A stretch of DNA of 64,000 nt from Dehalococcoidia bacterium (GTDB lineage: Bacteria; Chloroflexota; Dehalococcoidia; SM23-28-2; HRBIN24). Made by a program: the position numbers and the translations under genes. Of this stretch, positions 20,222 to 29,999 are shown one piece after another (the stretch's first letter is position 1; the number at the start of each line of letters is the position of its first letter). The notes under the pieces are model-generated. The model ran no database searches and was not told the origin of the DNA. It saw nothing but the letters and a program-made list of their open reading frames with translations. Location: assembly GCA_035574155.1 (NCBI GenBank), contig DATLZD010000062.1:1878-65877 (forward strand). Direction: 5' to 3'.

Positions 20222-22510
20222 TTAGCGAAAGCTGGAGGGGGGCCTGGGCGGTGGGGGCGGCGGCGGCTCCGGGCCGCGGCGCACCTGCGGCGGCCGCTGG
20301 GGTCCCTGGGGCCGCTGGCCGCCGCCGCGGAAGCGGTTGTCGGCTGGCCGACGCCCCGGTTGGGCCTGCTGGGGACGGCCGCTGGGCCGGGCCTGGGCGG
20401 CACGGGCCGCCTTGACCACGTCCTCCGGCTGGAGGCCCTCCAGCACGGCCCGTCGCGACAGGTTGATGCGCCCGAACTGGTCGACCTCAGTGACCATCAC
20501 CATGATCTCGTCGCCCACCCGGACCACGTCCTCGGGACGGCGGGCACGGTAGTCGGCCAGCTCCTCGGTGCGCACCAGCCCTTCCTTGCCGGGAAGGATC
20601 TCCACGAAGGCGCCGAAGGGCACCAGCCGCGTCACCTTGCCGGTGAAGATCTCGCCCACCTTCACCTCCTTGGTGAGGCCCTCGATGATCTCCATGGCGC
20701 GGCGGGCGGCGGCCTCGCTGGGGGAGCCGATATAGACCGTGCCGTCGTCCTCCACGTCGATGGTGCACTTGGTCTCATCGATGATGGAGCGGATCACGCG
20801 ACCGCCGGGCCCGATGACGGCACCGATCTTCTCGACGGGGATCTGGATGCGGTACATGCGCGGGGCGTAGGGGGAGAGCTCGGCCCGCGACTCGGGTATC
20901 GTCTCCAGCATCCGCTGCAGGATGTGCAGGCGGGCCTCCCGCGCCTGACGGAGGGCCTGCTCCAGCACGGCCAGGTCGAGCCCCTTGATCTTGATGTCCA
21001 ACTGCAGGGCGGTGATGCCCTCGGCCGTGCCGGCCACCTTGAAGTCCATGTCACCGTAGTGGTCCTCCAGGCCGGCGATATCCGTCAGCACGGTGAAGCG
21101 GCCGTCCTCACCCGTCACCAGGCCCATGGCCACCCCGGCCACCGGTGCCTTGATGGGCACGCCGGCGTCCATGAGGGACAGGGTGCTGCCGCAGACGCTG
21201 GCCATGGAGGTGCTGCCGTTGCTGGAAAGGACCTCCGATACCAGGCGGATGGTGTAGGGGAACTCCTCCTCGCTGGGGATGACGGCCTCCAGGGCGCGCT
21301 CGGCCAGGGCGCCGTGGCCGATCTCGCGGCGGCTGGGACCCCGGAGGGGACGCGTCTCGCCGGTGGAGAAGGGCGGGAAGTTATAGTGATGGATGAAGCG
21401 CTTGGACTCCTCCGGCTCGATGGTGTCCAGCTCCTGTCGCTCCCCCAGGGAGCCCAGGGTGGCGATGGTGAGCACCTGCGTCTCGCCGCGGGTGAACAGG
21501 CCGGAACCGTGGGTGCGGGGGAGCAGGCCCACCGCTGCCGAGACCGGTCGCAGCTCGTCGGGCCGCCGCCCATCGGGCCGTAGCCCCTCCTCCAGGATGC
21601 GGGTGCGGAACACCCGCCGCACCTCCTCCTCGAAGGCCCTCAGCAGCTGGTCCTGGGGATAGCTCTCGCTAAGGGCGGCCAGCAGCTCCTGACGGCGCTG
21701 GTCCAGCAGGGCCTGTCGCTCTTCCTTGGCGGCGGCCAGCAGGTCCCATTGCTGGGCGCGGACGAACTCGCGCACCGCCTGGACCACCTCCGGCTCCAGG
21801 GCCGGCGGCTCCCAGGCGATCTTGGGCCGCCCCAGAGTGACGGCCATCTCGTCCTGGAGGGCAATGACCTCCTGGTTGACGACGTGGGCATGGCGGATGG
21901 CCTCCAGCATCAGGTCCTCGGGGATCTCGGAGGCCCCCGCCTCCACCATCACCACCGCCTGGCGGGTGCTGGCCACCACCAGGTCCAGCCGGCTGTCCTT
22001 GCGCTGGGCGAAGGTGGGATTGACCACGAACTGGCCGTCGATGTAGCCGATGCGCGTCGCCCCCACCGGCCCTTCGAAGGGGATGTCGGAGATGGTCAGG
22101 GCAGCCGAGGCGCCGATGATGGCCAGGATATCGTGGTCGTTCTCCTGGTCGGCCGAGAGGGCGGTGACGATGATCTGCACATCGTGGCGGAAGCCCTTGG
22201 GGAACAGGGGCCGCAGGGGGCGGTCGGTGAGGCGGGCGGTGAGGATGGCGGAGGTGGACGGACGGCCCTCCCGACGGAACCAGCTACCGGGTATCTTGCC
22301 GGCGGCGTAGAGCCGCTCCTCGAAGTCCACCGTGAGGGGTAGGAAGTCGACCCCCTCTCGTGGCTTGCTCATGCAGGCCGTCACCAGCACCACCGTATCG
22401 CCGTAGCGGACGGTGACCGCCCCGTTGGCCTGTCTGGCCAGGAGGCCGCACTCGATGGTGAGCTGTCTGCCGCCGATCTCGCGCTGGAAGGTATACACGG
22501 CGTTCTCCAT
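20222..22510 (-). CDS. pnp: Polyribonucleotide nucleotidyltransferase (PNPase) with Pro/Arg-rich C-terminal tail
   Basis: Two RNase PH domains, KH and S1 domains; 762 aa. Confidence 0.95.
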   Translation of the reverse strand: MENAVYTFQREIGGRQLTIECGLLARQANGAVTVRYGDTVVLVTACMSKPREGVDFLPLTVDFEERLYAAGKIPGSWFRREGRPSTSAILTARLTDRPLRPLFPKGFRHDVQIIVTALSADQENDHDILAIIGASAALTISDIPFEGPVGATRIGYIDGQFVVNPTFAQRKDSRLDLVVASTRQAVVMVEAGASEIPEDLMLEAIRHAHVVNQEVIALQDEMAVTLGRPKIAWEPPALEPEVVQAVREFVRAQQWDLLAAAKEERQALLDQRRQELLAALSESYPQDQLLRAFEEEVRRVFRTRILEEGLRPDGRRPDELRPVSAAVGLLPRTHGSGLFTRGETQVLTIATLGSLGERQELDTIEPEESKRFIHHYNFPPFSTGETRPLRGPSRREIGHGALAERALEAVIPSEEEFPYTIRLVSEVLSSNGSTSMASVCGSTLSLMDAGVPIKAPVAGVAMGLVTGEDGRFTVLTDIAGLEDHYGDMDFKVAGTAEGITALQLDIKIKGLDLAVLEQALRQAREARLHILQRMLETIPESRAELSPYAPRMYRIQIPVEKIGAVIGPGGRVIRSIIDETKCTIDVEDDGTVYIGSPSEAAARRAMEIIEGLTKEVKVGEIFTGKVTRLVPFGAFVEILPGKEGLVRTEELADYRARRPEDVVRVGDEIMVMVTEVDQFGRINLSRRAVLEGLQPEDVVKAARAAQARPSGRPQQAQPGRRPADNRFRGGGQRPQGPQRPPQVRRGPEPPPPPPPRPPSSFR

Positions 22511-22758
22511 TCCCTTCTACCCCATTCCTGCTGTTGGGTTGTTGCCCTGCGGCCCTTTGTCCCAGAGCGAGGACGCGTCCTCCATCATGGTCCCGCCTGA
22601 CGGCCAGCCCGTGGCCCTTGTCTCGGCCCTACAGTTTCCCCTCCCTGCGGCCAGGCCTGGTGGGGGGACGAAGCCCATGGCCATCCTTTGTGCGGTGGAG
22701 GTGCCGGAGCGAGATCCCGGGCTTGACCTTCGTCCGCTTCTTCTCGGCAGTCCCGATG

Positions 22759-23025
22759 CTACTTCCGCAGCCCCAGAGAAGCGATGATCCGCCTGTAGGC
22801 GTCGGGGTCCTCCCGCTGCAGGTAACGCAGCAGCCGCCGCCTCCTACCGACCATCATCATCAGCCCGCGGCGGGAGTGGTGGTCCTTACGGTGCTGCCGC
22901 AGGTGCTCCGTGAGGCGGCGTATCCTCTCGCTGAGGATGGCTATCTGGACCTCGGGAGACCCCGTGTCCCGCTCGTGAACCCTGTAGGCCTCGATGAGGG
23001 CTGCCTTCTCTCTCTTGGTGAGCAT
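22759..23025 (-). CDS. rpsO: 30S ribosomal protein S15
   Basis: 88 aa; conserved S15 sequence ([29 protein letters not shown]). Confidence 0.95.
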   Translation of the reverse strand: MLTKREKAALIEAYRVHERDTGSPEVQIAILSERIRRLTEHLRQHRKDHHSRRGLMMMVGRRRRLLRYLQREDPDAYRRIIASLGLRK

Positions 23026-23171
23026 GTGGGGCCTTTGCGCCCTCCACTCTTCGTCCTGGCGCCCAGTATAGCACCGCCCCCGACGGCGGGCAACGCCCGC
23101 TGCTGGTAGGCGCTTCGGCCCGGGGCTATACTCTTTAACGATGTCAGGGCCGCCATCGTCGCCGTATCGTC

Positions 23172-24611
23172 ATGCGCATCGCCATCGTCACCGACAGCTC
23201 CGCCTGTCTGCCCCCGGAGCTGGTGCAGCGGTATGGGCTGACCGTGGTCCCCCACCGCCTGCACCTGGACGGCCAGACCTTTGAGGACGGGGCCCTAAGC
23301 CCGGCTGAGTTCTACTCGCTCCTGGCGCGCACGCGCGGGCGGGCCACCACCAGCTCGCCGTCGCCGGGGGCCTTCCTGGCGGCCTTTCGCCGAGCCTGCG
23401 AGGGCAAGGAAGGGGTCCTCTGCCTCACCCTATCGTCCCGTTACTCGGCCACCTTCAGCGCGGCTGAGAATGCCGCCCGACAGCTTCGTGAGGAACGGCC
23501 GCAGGTGGCCGTGGAGGTGGTGGACAGCCGTTGCCTGGCCATGGCCTATGGCTTCGTGGTGCTGGCAGCCGCCCGGGCGGCCGAGAACGGGGCCTCCTTG
23601 GCCGAGGCTGTGCGGGCCGCCCAGGCAGCGGCCGGCCGGGCCTCTCTCATCGGCGTGGTGGACACGCTGCGCTACCTGGCCATGAGTGGCAGGGTGCCCT
23701 GGATCGCCCACTGGGCCACCTCGGTGCTGCAGATCAAGCCCATCCTCACCGCTGACGGCGACGAGGTCCGGCTGGCCGAGCGGGTGCGGACCCGTCGTCG
23801 TGCCCTGGAGAGGCTGGTGGCCATCTTCCGCCAGCGGCTGCGGCCGGGACTGCCCCTGCAGGTGGCGGTGATGCACGCCGCCGCCGCTGAGGACGCCCAA
23901 GACCTGGCCCAGCGGCTGGACGAGTTCCGGCCCGAGGAGCTGCTCCTGACCGAGTTCACCCCGGTGATGGGCGTCCACGTGGGGCCGGGCTTCGTGGGTA
24001 TCGCATACTACCAGCGGGACGGGGAGGGCACAGGCGGCGCCGAGGATGTGGCCCGCGTCCTGGAGGCCCTTTCCCCCCTGCCCCCGCCCTCGGAGCCACC
24101 AGCCCTGGTGGTGCTGGTGGGGCTCCCCGGAAGCGGCAAGAGCACTTTCGCCCGTCGCCTACAGGAGCGGGCCCCCCTGGCGGTGCTGGAGAGCGACCGC
24201 TTCCGCAAGCTGCTGTTCGGTCGGCCCACCTACTCGCCGGAAGAGAGTCGGCGCCTGTTCCGGGCCCTTCATGCCGCCATCGATTCGCTGCTGGGGCGTC
24301 GCATCTCCTGCCTGCTGGACGCTACCAACCTGAGGGAGGAGCACCGGCGTCCCCTCTACGAGATGGCCGAGCGCCACGGCGCGAGGTTGGTCCTGGTCCA
24401 GATGGAAGCGCCGGCAGAGGTAGTGCGCTCCCGGCTGGAGCGGCGTCGCCGCGCAGCCACCCCCGGGGACTGGTCCGATGCCGGGCCGGAGGTCTACGAG
24501 CGCATGCGGGAGGCGATGGAGCCCATCAGCCGCCCCCATCTGCGGGTCGACTCCACCGCCGATACGGGGCAGGCAGTAGAAGAGGTGCTGAGGGCCATGG
24601 GCCGCTGGTAG
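23172..24611 (+). CDS. DegV-family (fatty-acid-binding, FakB-like) domain fused to C-terminal P-loop NTPase/kinase-like domain
   Basis: N-terminal IAIVTDSSACLP DegV signature through ~res 285; C-terminal Walker A GLPGSGKST and AAA_33/zeta-like kinase pattern. Confidence 0.75.
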   Translation: MRIAIVTDSSACLPPELVQRYGLTVVPHRLHLDGQTFEDGALSPAEFYSLLARTRGRATTSSPSPGAFLAAFRRACEGKEGVLCLTLSSRYSATFSAAENAARQLREERPQVAVEVVDSRCLAMAYGFVVLAAARAAENGASLAEAVRAAQAAAGRASLIGVVDTLRYLAMSGRVPWIAHWATSVLQIKPILTADGDEVRLAERVRTRRRALERLVAIFRQRLRPGLPLQVAVMHAAAAEDAQDLAQRLDEFRPEELLLTEFTPVMGVHVGPGFVGIAYYQRDGEGTGGAEDVARVLEALSPLPPPSEPPALVVLVGLPGSGKSTFARRLQERAPLAVLESDRFRKLLFGRPTYSPEESRRLFRALHAAIDSLLGRRISCLLDATNLREEHRRPLYEMAERHGARLVLVQMEAPAEVVRSRLERRRRAATPGDWSDAGPEVYERMREAMEPISRPHLRVDSTADTGQAVEEVLRAMGRW

Positions 24612-24655
24612 GCGTCCCGGCCTGCCGGTGGTAAACTTGGCGGCGGTGGGGGCCT

Positions 24656-25213
24656 ATGGCAGTCGTCCGTCACCGGTTCAGCGTGGAGGACTATCACCGC
24701 ATGGCCCAGGCGGGCATCCTGGGCGAGGACGACCGCGTCGAGCTCATCGACGGTGAGGTCGTGCACATGGCGCCCATGGGTTCCCGGCATGGGGCCCAGG
24801 TCCGGCGCCTGCAGCGCCGCCTGGAGCGCGCCCTGGAAGACCGCGCCTCCGTGTCGGTTCAGTCTCCTCTTCGACTGGGTGAGTTCTCGGAGCCGGAGCC
24901 TGACCTGGCCCTCCTCCGGCCGAGGGAGGACGACTACGCCTCTGCCCATCCTGGGGCCGGAGATGTGCTGCTGGTCATCGAGGTAGGCGACACGTCGGCC
25001 GATTACGACCGGCAGGTGAAGGTGCCGCTGTATGCCCGCCACGGGGTCCCGGAGGTGTGGCTCATCGACCTGGAGAGGGGGCAGGTGGAGGTCTACCGTG
25101 GGCCGCAGGGCGAGGGCTACGCCGAGGTGCTGACGCTGGGGCCGGACGGCTCCCTGGTGCCCTCTGCATTCCCGGACCTCTCGCTCCCTCTGCGCGAGCT
25201 GCTGGTGCCCTGA
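24656..25213 (+). CDS. Uma2-family (DUF820) putative restriction-endonuclease-fold protein
   Basis: 185 aa; PD-(D/E)xK-like core (ELIDGEV, DL.LEV) typical of Uma2. Confidence 0.7.
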   Translation: MAVVRHRFSVEDYHRMAQAGILGEDDRVELIDGEVVHMAPMGSRHGAQVRRLQRRLERALEDRASVSVQSPLRLGEFSEPEPDLALLRPREDDYASAHPGAGDVLLVIEVGDTSADYDRQVKVPLYARHGVPEVWLIDLERGQVEVYRGPQGEGYAEVLTLGPDGSLVPSAFPDLSLPLRELLVP

Positions 25214-25270
25214 CGCCTTCCTTCCGTGCCCCCGTCTCCCCTGCTAAACTGGAGTGAGTTCGGAGACCCC

Positions 25271-25615
25271 ATGTCCGTCCGGCCTTGGCGTCCCGTCATC
25301 GTGGTGCGGGCACAGGTGGACCCTGATGCCCTGCCGCGGTTTCACCGCTGGTATAAGCGGGTGCACCTGCCTCGCGTCCTCGCTATACCGGGTATCGTGC
25401 GCGCCTACCGGGCCGACTGCCACCGTCGTGGGGTCAACTGGGCTGCCATCTATGAGCTGAGGGACGAGGCGGCCATCGGCGAGGCCTTTCAGAGCCAACA
25501 GGCCCAGGCGGTGCGCCAGGACTGGGAGCCCTGGCTGGAGACCCATGTGCACGAGGTGAGCGTGGAGGTCTACGCCGGCCTCCCCCCCATCCTCACCTAC
25601 CACCTCTGGAACTAG
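25271..25615 (+). CDS. Hypothetical protein (small alpha+beta barrel-like)
   Basis: ATG at 25271 (MSVRPWRPVIVV); coding-like GC3 bias; no confident family. Confidence 0.45.
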   Translation: MSVRPWRPVIVVRAQVDPDALPRFHRWYKRVHLPRVLAIPGIVRAYRADCHRRGVNWAAIYELRDEAAIGEAFQSQQAQAVRQDWEPWLETHVHEVSVEVYAGLPPILTYHLWN

Positions 25616-25932
25616 CCCGCCGCCTCCAGCACCATCTGCGTCTGGACCACCAGCGCCACCAGCCTGCCGTCCTCTGTCGTCACCCGTGTCTGCCAGACCA
25701 TGGTGCGGCGGCCCCGGTGCAGGGGCGTGCACTCGCCCAGCAGGCGGGAGCCGCTGCGGGCTGGGACGAAGAAGTTGGTCTTGGACTCGATGGTGGTAGT
25801 GGTGGCCCCCGCCGGCAGGTTGAGGACGGTGGCCGCCGCCCCCAGGGTATCGGCGAAGGCCATGATGGCGCCGCCGTGGGCGGTGCCGGGCACCGTGCAC
25901 AGGTCCTCACGGACGGTCATCTCCGCCCGCAC
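25612..25932 (-). CDS. PaaI/4HBT-family hotdog thioesterase (conserved N-terminus extends upstream to ~26030 without canonical start)
   Basis: HGG...hotdog helix and C-terminal strands; upstream in-frame translation LGIRFLEASPETV matches family N-term but lacks ATG/GTG/TTG. Confidence 0.6.
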   Translation of the reverse strand: MRAEMTVREDLCTVPGTAHGGAIMAFADTLGAAATVLNLPAGATTTTIESKTNFFVPARSGSRLLGECTPLHRGRRTMVWQTRVTTEDGRLVALVVQTQMVLEAAG

Positions 25933-26030
25933 CGTCTCCGGCGACGCTTCCAGGAACCGTATCCCCAGCAGGTCGGGGAAGAGGCCCTGGATGGCCTGTT
26001 GGAGGCGTTGGGTAGCGTCCGTCGCTCCCC

Positions 26031-26816
26031 CTAGCGGCCCTTGTACTGTGGCTTGCGCTTCTGGGCGAAGGCCAGCGGCCCCTCGCGGGCATCCTCGCTA
26101 CGGAACACCTCGCCGGCCAGCTGCGATTCCAGGGCCAGCCCGTCCTCCAGGGACATCTCTCGGCCACGTAGGGCGGCCTGCTTGATGGCCCGCACCGCCA
26201 GGGGGCCGCACTCCAGGATCTTCTCCGCCACCTCCTGGGCGGTGGGCATGAGCTGCTCTTTGGGCACCACCCGCGAGACGAGGCCCGCCCGCAGGGCCCA
26301 CTGGGCGTCGAAGCGCTCGCCGGTCAACAGGAGCTCCATGGCATAGGCCAGGGGGATAGCCCGGGTGAGTCGCTGGGTGCCTCCGGCAGCGGGAATGATG
26401 GCCCGCTTGGGCTCCGGCAGCCCGAAAGTGGCGTGCTCGGCAGCGATGCGGATGTCGCAGCACAGGGCCAGTTCCAGCCCACCGGCCAGGCAGTAGCCGT
26501 TGATGGCTGCTATGATGGGCTTCCAGCACTCGAAGCCGCGGGTGATGCCGGCAAAGGGCACGTTGTAGGACTGGCCGCCGCGGCCAGCGAAGGCCTCGGC
26601 CATGGCCACCAGGTCGGCGCCAGCGCAGAAGGCCACATCGCCGGCGCCGGTGACGATGGCCACCCAGACCTCCGGGTCGTCCTTGAAGTCGTGAAAGGCG
26701 TCGTAGAGCTCCTTGCTGGTCAGGGGGTCGATAGCATTGCGGCGGTCGGGCCGGTTGATGGTGATGTAGGCCAGCCGCCCCTTCTTCTCGTAGATAATGT
26801 TCTGGAAATCGGCCAT
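26031..26816 (-). CDS. Enoyl-CoA hydratase/isomerase (crotonase) family protein
   Basis: 261 aa; ITINRPDRRNA, GAGDVAFCAGADL oxyanion-hole motifs. Confidence 0.9.
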   Translation of the reverse strand: MADFQNIIYEKKGRLAYITINRPDRRNAIDPLTSKELYDAFHDFKDDPEVWVAIVTGAGDVAFCAGADLVAMAEAFAGRGGQSYNVPFAGITRGFECWKPIIAAINGYCLAGGLELALCCDIRIAAEHATFGLPEPKRAIIPAAGGTQRLTRAIPLAYAMELLLTGERFDAQWALRAGLVSRVVPKEQLMPTAQEVAEKILECGPLAVRAIKQAALRGREMSLEDGLALESQLAGEVFRSEDAREGPLAFAQKRKPQYKGR

Positions 26817-27009
26817 GTCTTACCTCCCGTGCGGTCTGCGCTTGGGCCATGCCCCGTGGGGTGGCGGGAACAGCCCTTGGCGGCCCCGCCTCCCTGCGGC
26901 GCCATCCATATTAGCACGAACGGACCCAGGCGCCAGGGCTGCTGCCAGCGCCTTGTGCCGCGGGCAGCCTTGGGATACCATGGTGGCGACCTCCGAGGCG
27001 TGACCGTCC

Positions 27010-28026
27010 ATGTCCCGAAGCCTCAACGTGGCCATCGTCGGCGCCACCGGCCTGGTGGGCCGCGAGCTGCTGCGGGTGATGGAGGAGCGGGGCTTCCCCG
27101 TGGACGGCCTGCGCCTCCTGGCCTCCTCCCGCTCGGCCGGCACGACCGTCCGCTTTCGCGGCCAGGAGTACACGGTCCAGGAGACGACGGCCGAGTCCTT
27201 CGCCGGGGCTGACCTGGTCTTCATCTCCGTCTCCAGCGAGGTGTCGCGGCGGCTGGTGCCGCTGGCCGTCCAAGCGGGGGCGGTGGTCATCGACGACTCC
27301 AAGGCCTGGCGCCTGGAGCCCCATGTGCCCCTGGTGGTTCCGGAGGTGAATGCCGATGCCCTGGCAGGGCACCGGGGCATCATCGCCACGCCCAATTGCG
27401 AGGTGGTGCCCCTGGTCCTGTGCCTGTGGCCCCTGCACCGGCGTAACCCCGTGCGCCGGGTCATCGTGGACACCTACCAGTCGGTGTCGGGCACGGGCTG
27501 GGCGGCGGTGGAGGAGCTGAAGGAGCAGGCCCGGGCCGCCCTGGAAGGGCGTGAGTCGCCACCCAGGGTCTATCCCCACCCCATCGCCTTCAACGTCATC
27601 CCCCAGGTGGAGCCCTTTGGCGAGGACGGCTACACGCGGGAGGAGTCCACCATCGTCCACGAGACCCGCAAGGTCATGGGCGAGCCGGGGCTGGCCATCT
27701 CGGCCACCTGCGTGCGGGTGCCGGTGATGGTGGGCCACAGCCTGGCGGTGCACGTCGAGTTCGAGCGGCCCTTCGACCCTGGCGAGGCCCGGGAGTTGCT
27801 GCGCCAGGCCCCCGGCGTGCGGGTCCTGGACGACCCCGCGGCCAGCGTCTACCCGACCCCCCTGCAGGCGGCCGGCGGCGACCAGTGCCTGGTGGGCCGC
27901 ATCCGTCAGGACTCGTCCTGCCAGAGCGGGCTGGCCCTGTGGGTCTCGTGCGATAACCTGCGCAAGGGCGCGGCCCTCAATCTGGTCCAGATCGCGGAGG
28001 AACTCCTCTCCCGTAACCTGATATAG
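27010..28026 (+). CDS. asd: Aspartate-semialdehyde dehydrogenase
   Basis: 338 aa; VAIVGATGLVG N-term, catalytic Cys region (ATPNCEV). Confidence 0.9.
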   Translation: MSRSLNVAIVGATGLVGRELLRVMEERGFPVDGLRLLASSRSAGTTVRFRGQEYTVQETTAESFAGADLVFISVSSEVSRRLVPLAVQAGAVVIDDSKAWRLEPHVPLVVPEVNADALAGHRGIIATPNCEVVPLVLCLWPLHRRNPVRRVIVDTYQSVSGTGWAAVEELKEQARAALEGRESPPRVYPHPIAFNVIPQVEPFGEDGYTREESTIVHETRKVMGEPGLAISATCVRVPVMVGHSLAVHVEFERPFDPGEARELLRQAPGVRVLDDPAASVYPTPLQAAGGDQCLVGRIRQDSSCQSGLALWVSCDNLRKGAALNLVQIAEELLSRNLI

Positions 28027-28045
28027 CCCAGAGGGAGGTGGGGAC

Positions 28046-28942
28046 ATGGAGCTCGGAAGGTTGCTCACGGCCATGGTCACCCCCATGGACGACGAGGGGC
28101 GGGTGGACTATGGCCAGGCCCGCCGTCTGGCCCAGGCCCTCATGGACTCTGGCTCCGACGGGGTGGTGGTGGCCGGTACGACCGGCGAGGCGCCCACCCT
28201 CTCCCATGAGGAGAGGGTGAGGCTCGTGCGGGAGGTCAAGGAGGCCTTGGCCGGACGCGGGGCCGTCATCGCCGGCACCGGCACCTACCGCACCGAGGAG
28301 AGCATCGAGCTGTCACGGGAGGCGGAACGGGCGGGCGCCGATGGCCTCCTGCTCGTTACTCCCTACTATCATCGTCCCACCCAGGAGGGGCTCTACCGCC
28401 ACTTCCGCGCCATCGCCGAGGCGGTCTCGGTTCCCTGCATCCTCTACAACGTCCCGGGACGGACAGGGGTCAACATGACGGCCGAAACGGCCCTGCGCCT
28501 GGCCCAGGTGCCCAACATCGTGGGCGTGAAGGAGGCATCGGGCGACCTGGGACAGGCGGCCCGCATCATCGAGGGGGCGCCTCCTGGGTTCCGCGTCTGG
28601 AGCGGCGACGACGCCTTCACCCTGCCCCTGCTGGCCATCGGCGGCTACGGGGTGGTGGCCGTCGTTTCCCACTTGGCGGGGCTCCAGTTCAAGCGCATGA
28701 TCGAGGCCTTCCTGGCTGGAGCGGTGGAGGAGGCGGCCCGGCTGCACCGTCGCCTTCTGCCCCTCATGCAGACCTTGATGACGGCTGCCCCCAACCCCAT
28801 ACCTGTCAAGTACGCCCTCAACCAGGTGGGGTTCCGAGTGGGTCGGCCGCGGCTGCCCCTGACGGAGCCCGACGAGGACGCTGCCCGCCGCATCATGGCC
28901 GAGGTGGCCAAGGTCCCCCTGGACCTGAAGGTCCCCGTCTGA
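28046..28942 (+). CDS. dapA: 4-hydroxy-tetrahydrodipicolinate synthase
   Basis: 298 aa; GTTGE, YNVPGRTG, Schiff-base Lys region. Confidence 0.9.
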   Translation: MELGRLLTAMVTPMDDEGRVDYGQARRLAQALMDSGSDGVVVAGTTGEAPTLSHEERVRLVREVKEALAGRGAVIAGTGTYRTEESIELSREAERAGADGLLLVTPYYHRPTQEGLYRHFRAIAEAVSVPCILYNVPGRTGVNMTAETALRLAQVPNIVGVKEASGDLGQAARIIEGAPPGFRVWSGDDAFTLPLLAIGGYGVVAVVSHLAGLQFKRMIEAFLAGAVEEAARLHRRLLPLMQTLMTAAPNPIPVKYALNQVGFRVGRPRLPLTEPDEDAARRIMAEVAKVPLDLKVPV

Positions 28943-28967
28943 GCAGCGGCTGGTGGCCCGTCGCCCT

Positions 28968-29471
28968 TCAGTTGCCGGCAGCCCGCTGGGCCTGGAACCG
29001 TTGCCAGCGGCGCCTCAGCACCGACTGTCCCCAGCGGTAGCCCAAGGCGTCGCCCACGCTGTTGGCCAGGTTGGCGAAAAAGACGTAGCTGAAGGCAAGC
29101 ACCAGGAACATGGCCAACACCGTCCACCAATGGACGTCGGCCAGGGCGATGGGCATCAGGCTCATGACGATGCCCAGCAGCAGCCCGCCATAGGCCATGC
29201 CCCGCACGACCAGGGCCTCCCGGAAGCGTTGGGCGCGGAACATCTCCAGCACCTCGCGGGGGATACGCTGCACCGGCGGCACGTCGCGGATGGCAGCCCC
29301 GCAGTTGGGGCACCGGAGCTGCCCTCGCTCCAGCGGGTGGTAGCAGTGGCCACAGAACAGGCCGGCGTTGGGCGCCTGCCCCGATAGCACCAGGTCCAGC
29401 AGGCGCTGCAACCGTGGCGAGAAGGGCGGACCGTCCTTTGCTGGAGCGCCGGTCATGGCCCTGCCAGGCAC
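28968..29471 (-). CDS. Membrane protein with N-terminal zinc-ribbon (CxxC...CxxC)
   Basis: CGHC...CPNC pairs followed by two hydrophobic helices. Confidence 0.5.
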   Translation of the reverse strand: MPGRAMTGAPAKDGPPFSPRLQRLLDLVLSGQAPNAGLFCGHCYHPLERGQLRCPNCGAAIRDVPPVQRIPREVLEMFRAQRFREALVVRGMAYGGLLLGIVMSLMPIALADVHWWTVLAMFLVLAFSYVFFANLANSVGDALGYRWGQSVLRRRWQRFQAQRAAGN

Positions 29472-29498
29472 CAGTCTAGGCCCGCCGCACGCCTATGG

Positions 29499-29999
29499 CT
29501 AGACGGGCTGCAGCGAGAAGGAGTGGTCGGCCATCAGGGCTGCCGCGAAGACGATGCCCAGGGACGCCAGCAGTATCACGGCCGAGAGGGCCATGGTGGC
29601 CCGGCGCAGGGAGCGGGCCTGGGCATCGTTGCCCCCCCTCTCCATGGCCTGCAGCTGTCGCGGCCCTACCACGAAGGAGTGGAGGGCCGTCAGGGCCAGG
29701 GCAAGGGCCAGCAGGCCCATCTTGGCGGTAAAGATCCAGGCGTAGCGGCGGCCCGGGTCCAGCAGGTCGTCTATCTCGTCCATGCGCTGGAAGAGGTTGC
29801 TGAGGCCGCTCAGCACCAGTACCACTATGGCCGCCCCACCCAACCAGCCGAAGCGACTGGTCAGGACGCGCAGGACGCGGACTCGCGCTCCCGGCTCCAG
29901 GGCGCGCAGGGCGGGAATGACGAGGAACAGGAAGAACTGGGGCCCGATGAAGGCCGTCGCTGCCACGATGTGGATCCAGAAGCTGATGCTCTCGGTCAT
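29499..29999 (-). CDS. Small 4-TM integral membrane protein (CopD-C-terminal-like)
   Basis: 166 aa; four hydrophobic helices; ATGA overlap with purA stop. Confidence 0.5.
   Translation of the reverse strand: MTESISFWIHIVAATAFIGPQFFLFLVIPALRALEPGARVRVLRVLTSRFGWLGGAAIVVLVLSGLSNLFQRMDEIDDLLDPGRRYAWIFTAKMGLLALALALTALHSFVVGPRQLQAMERGGNDAQARSLRRATMALSAVILLASLGIVFAAALMADHSFSLQPV

Noticed and set aside
19526-21583. 685-aa plus-strand ORF antisense to dapB and pnp
   Set aside because: Shadow ORF. No domain signal, and extreme G/A/L/P/R composition. Both overlapped genes are confidently identified on the other strand.
26098-28086. Minus-strand ORFs of 250 aa and 391 aa overlapping crotonase and asd
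   Set aside because: Alternative-frame or antisense shadows of confidently assigned genes.
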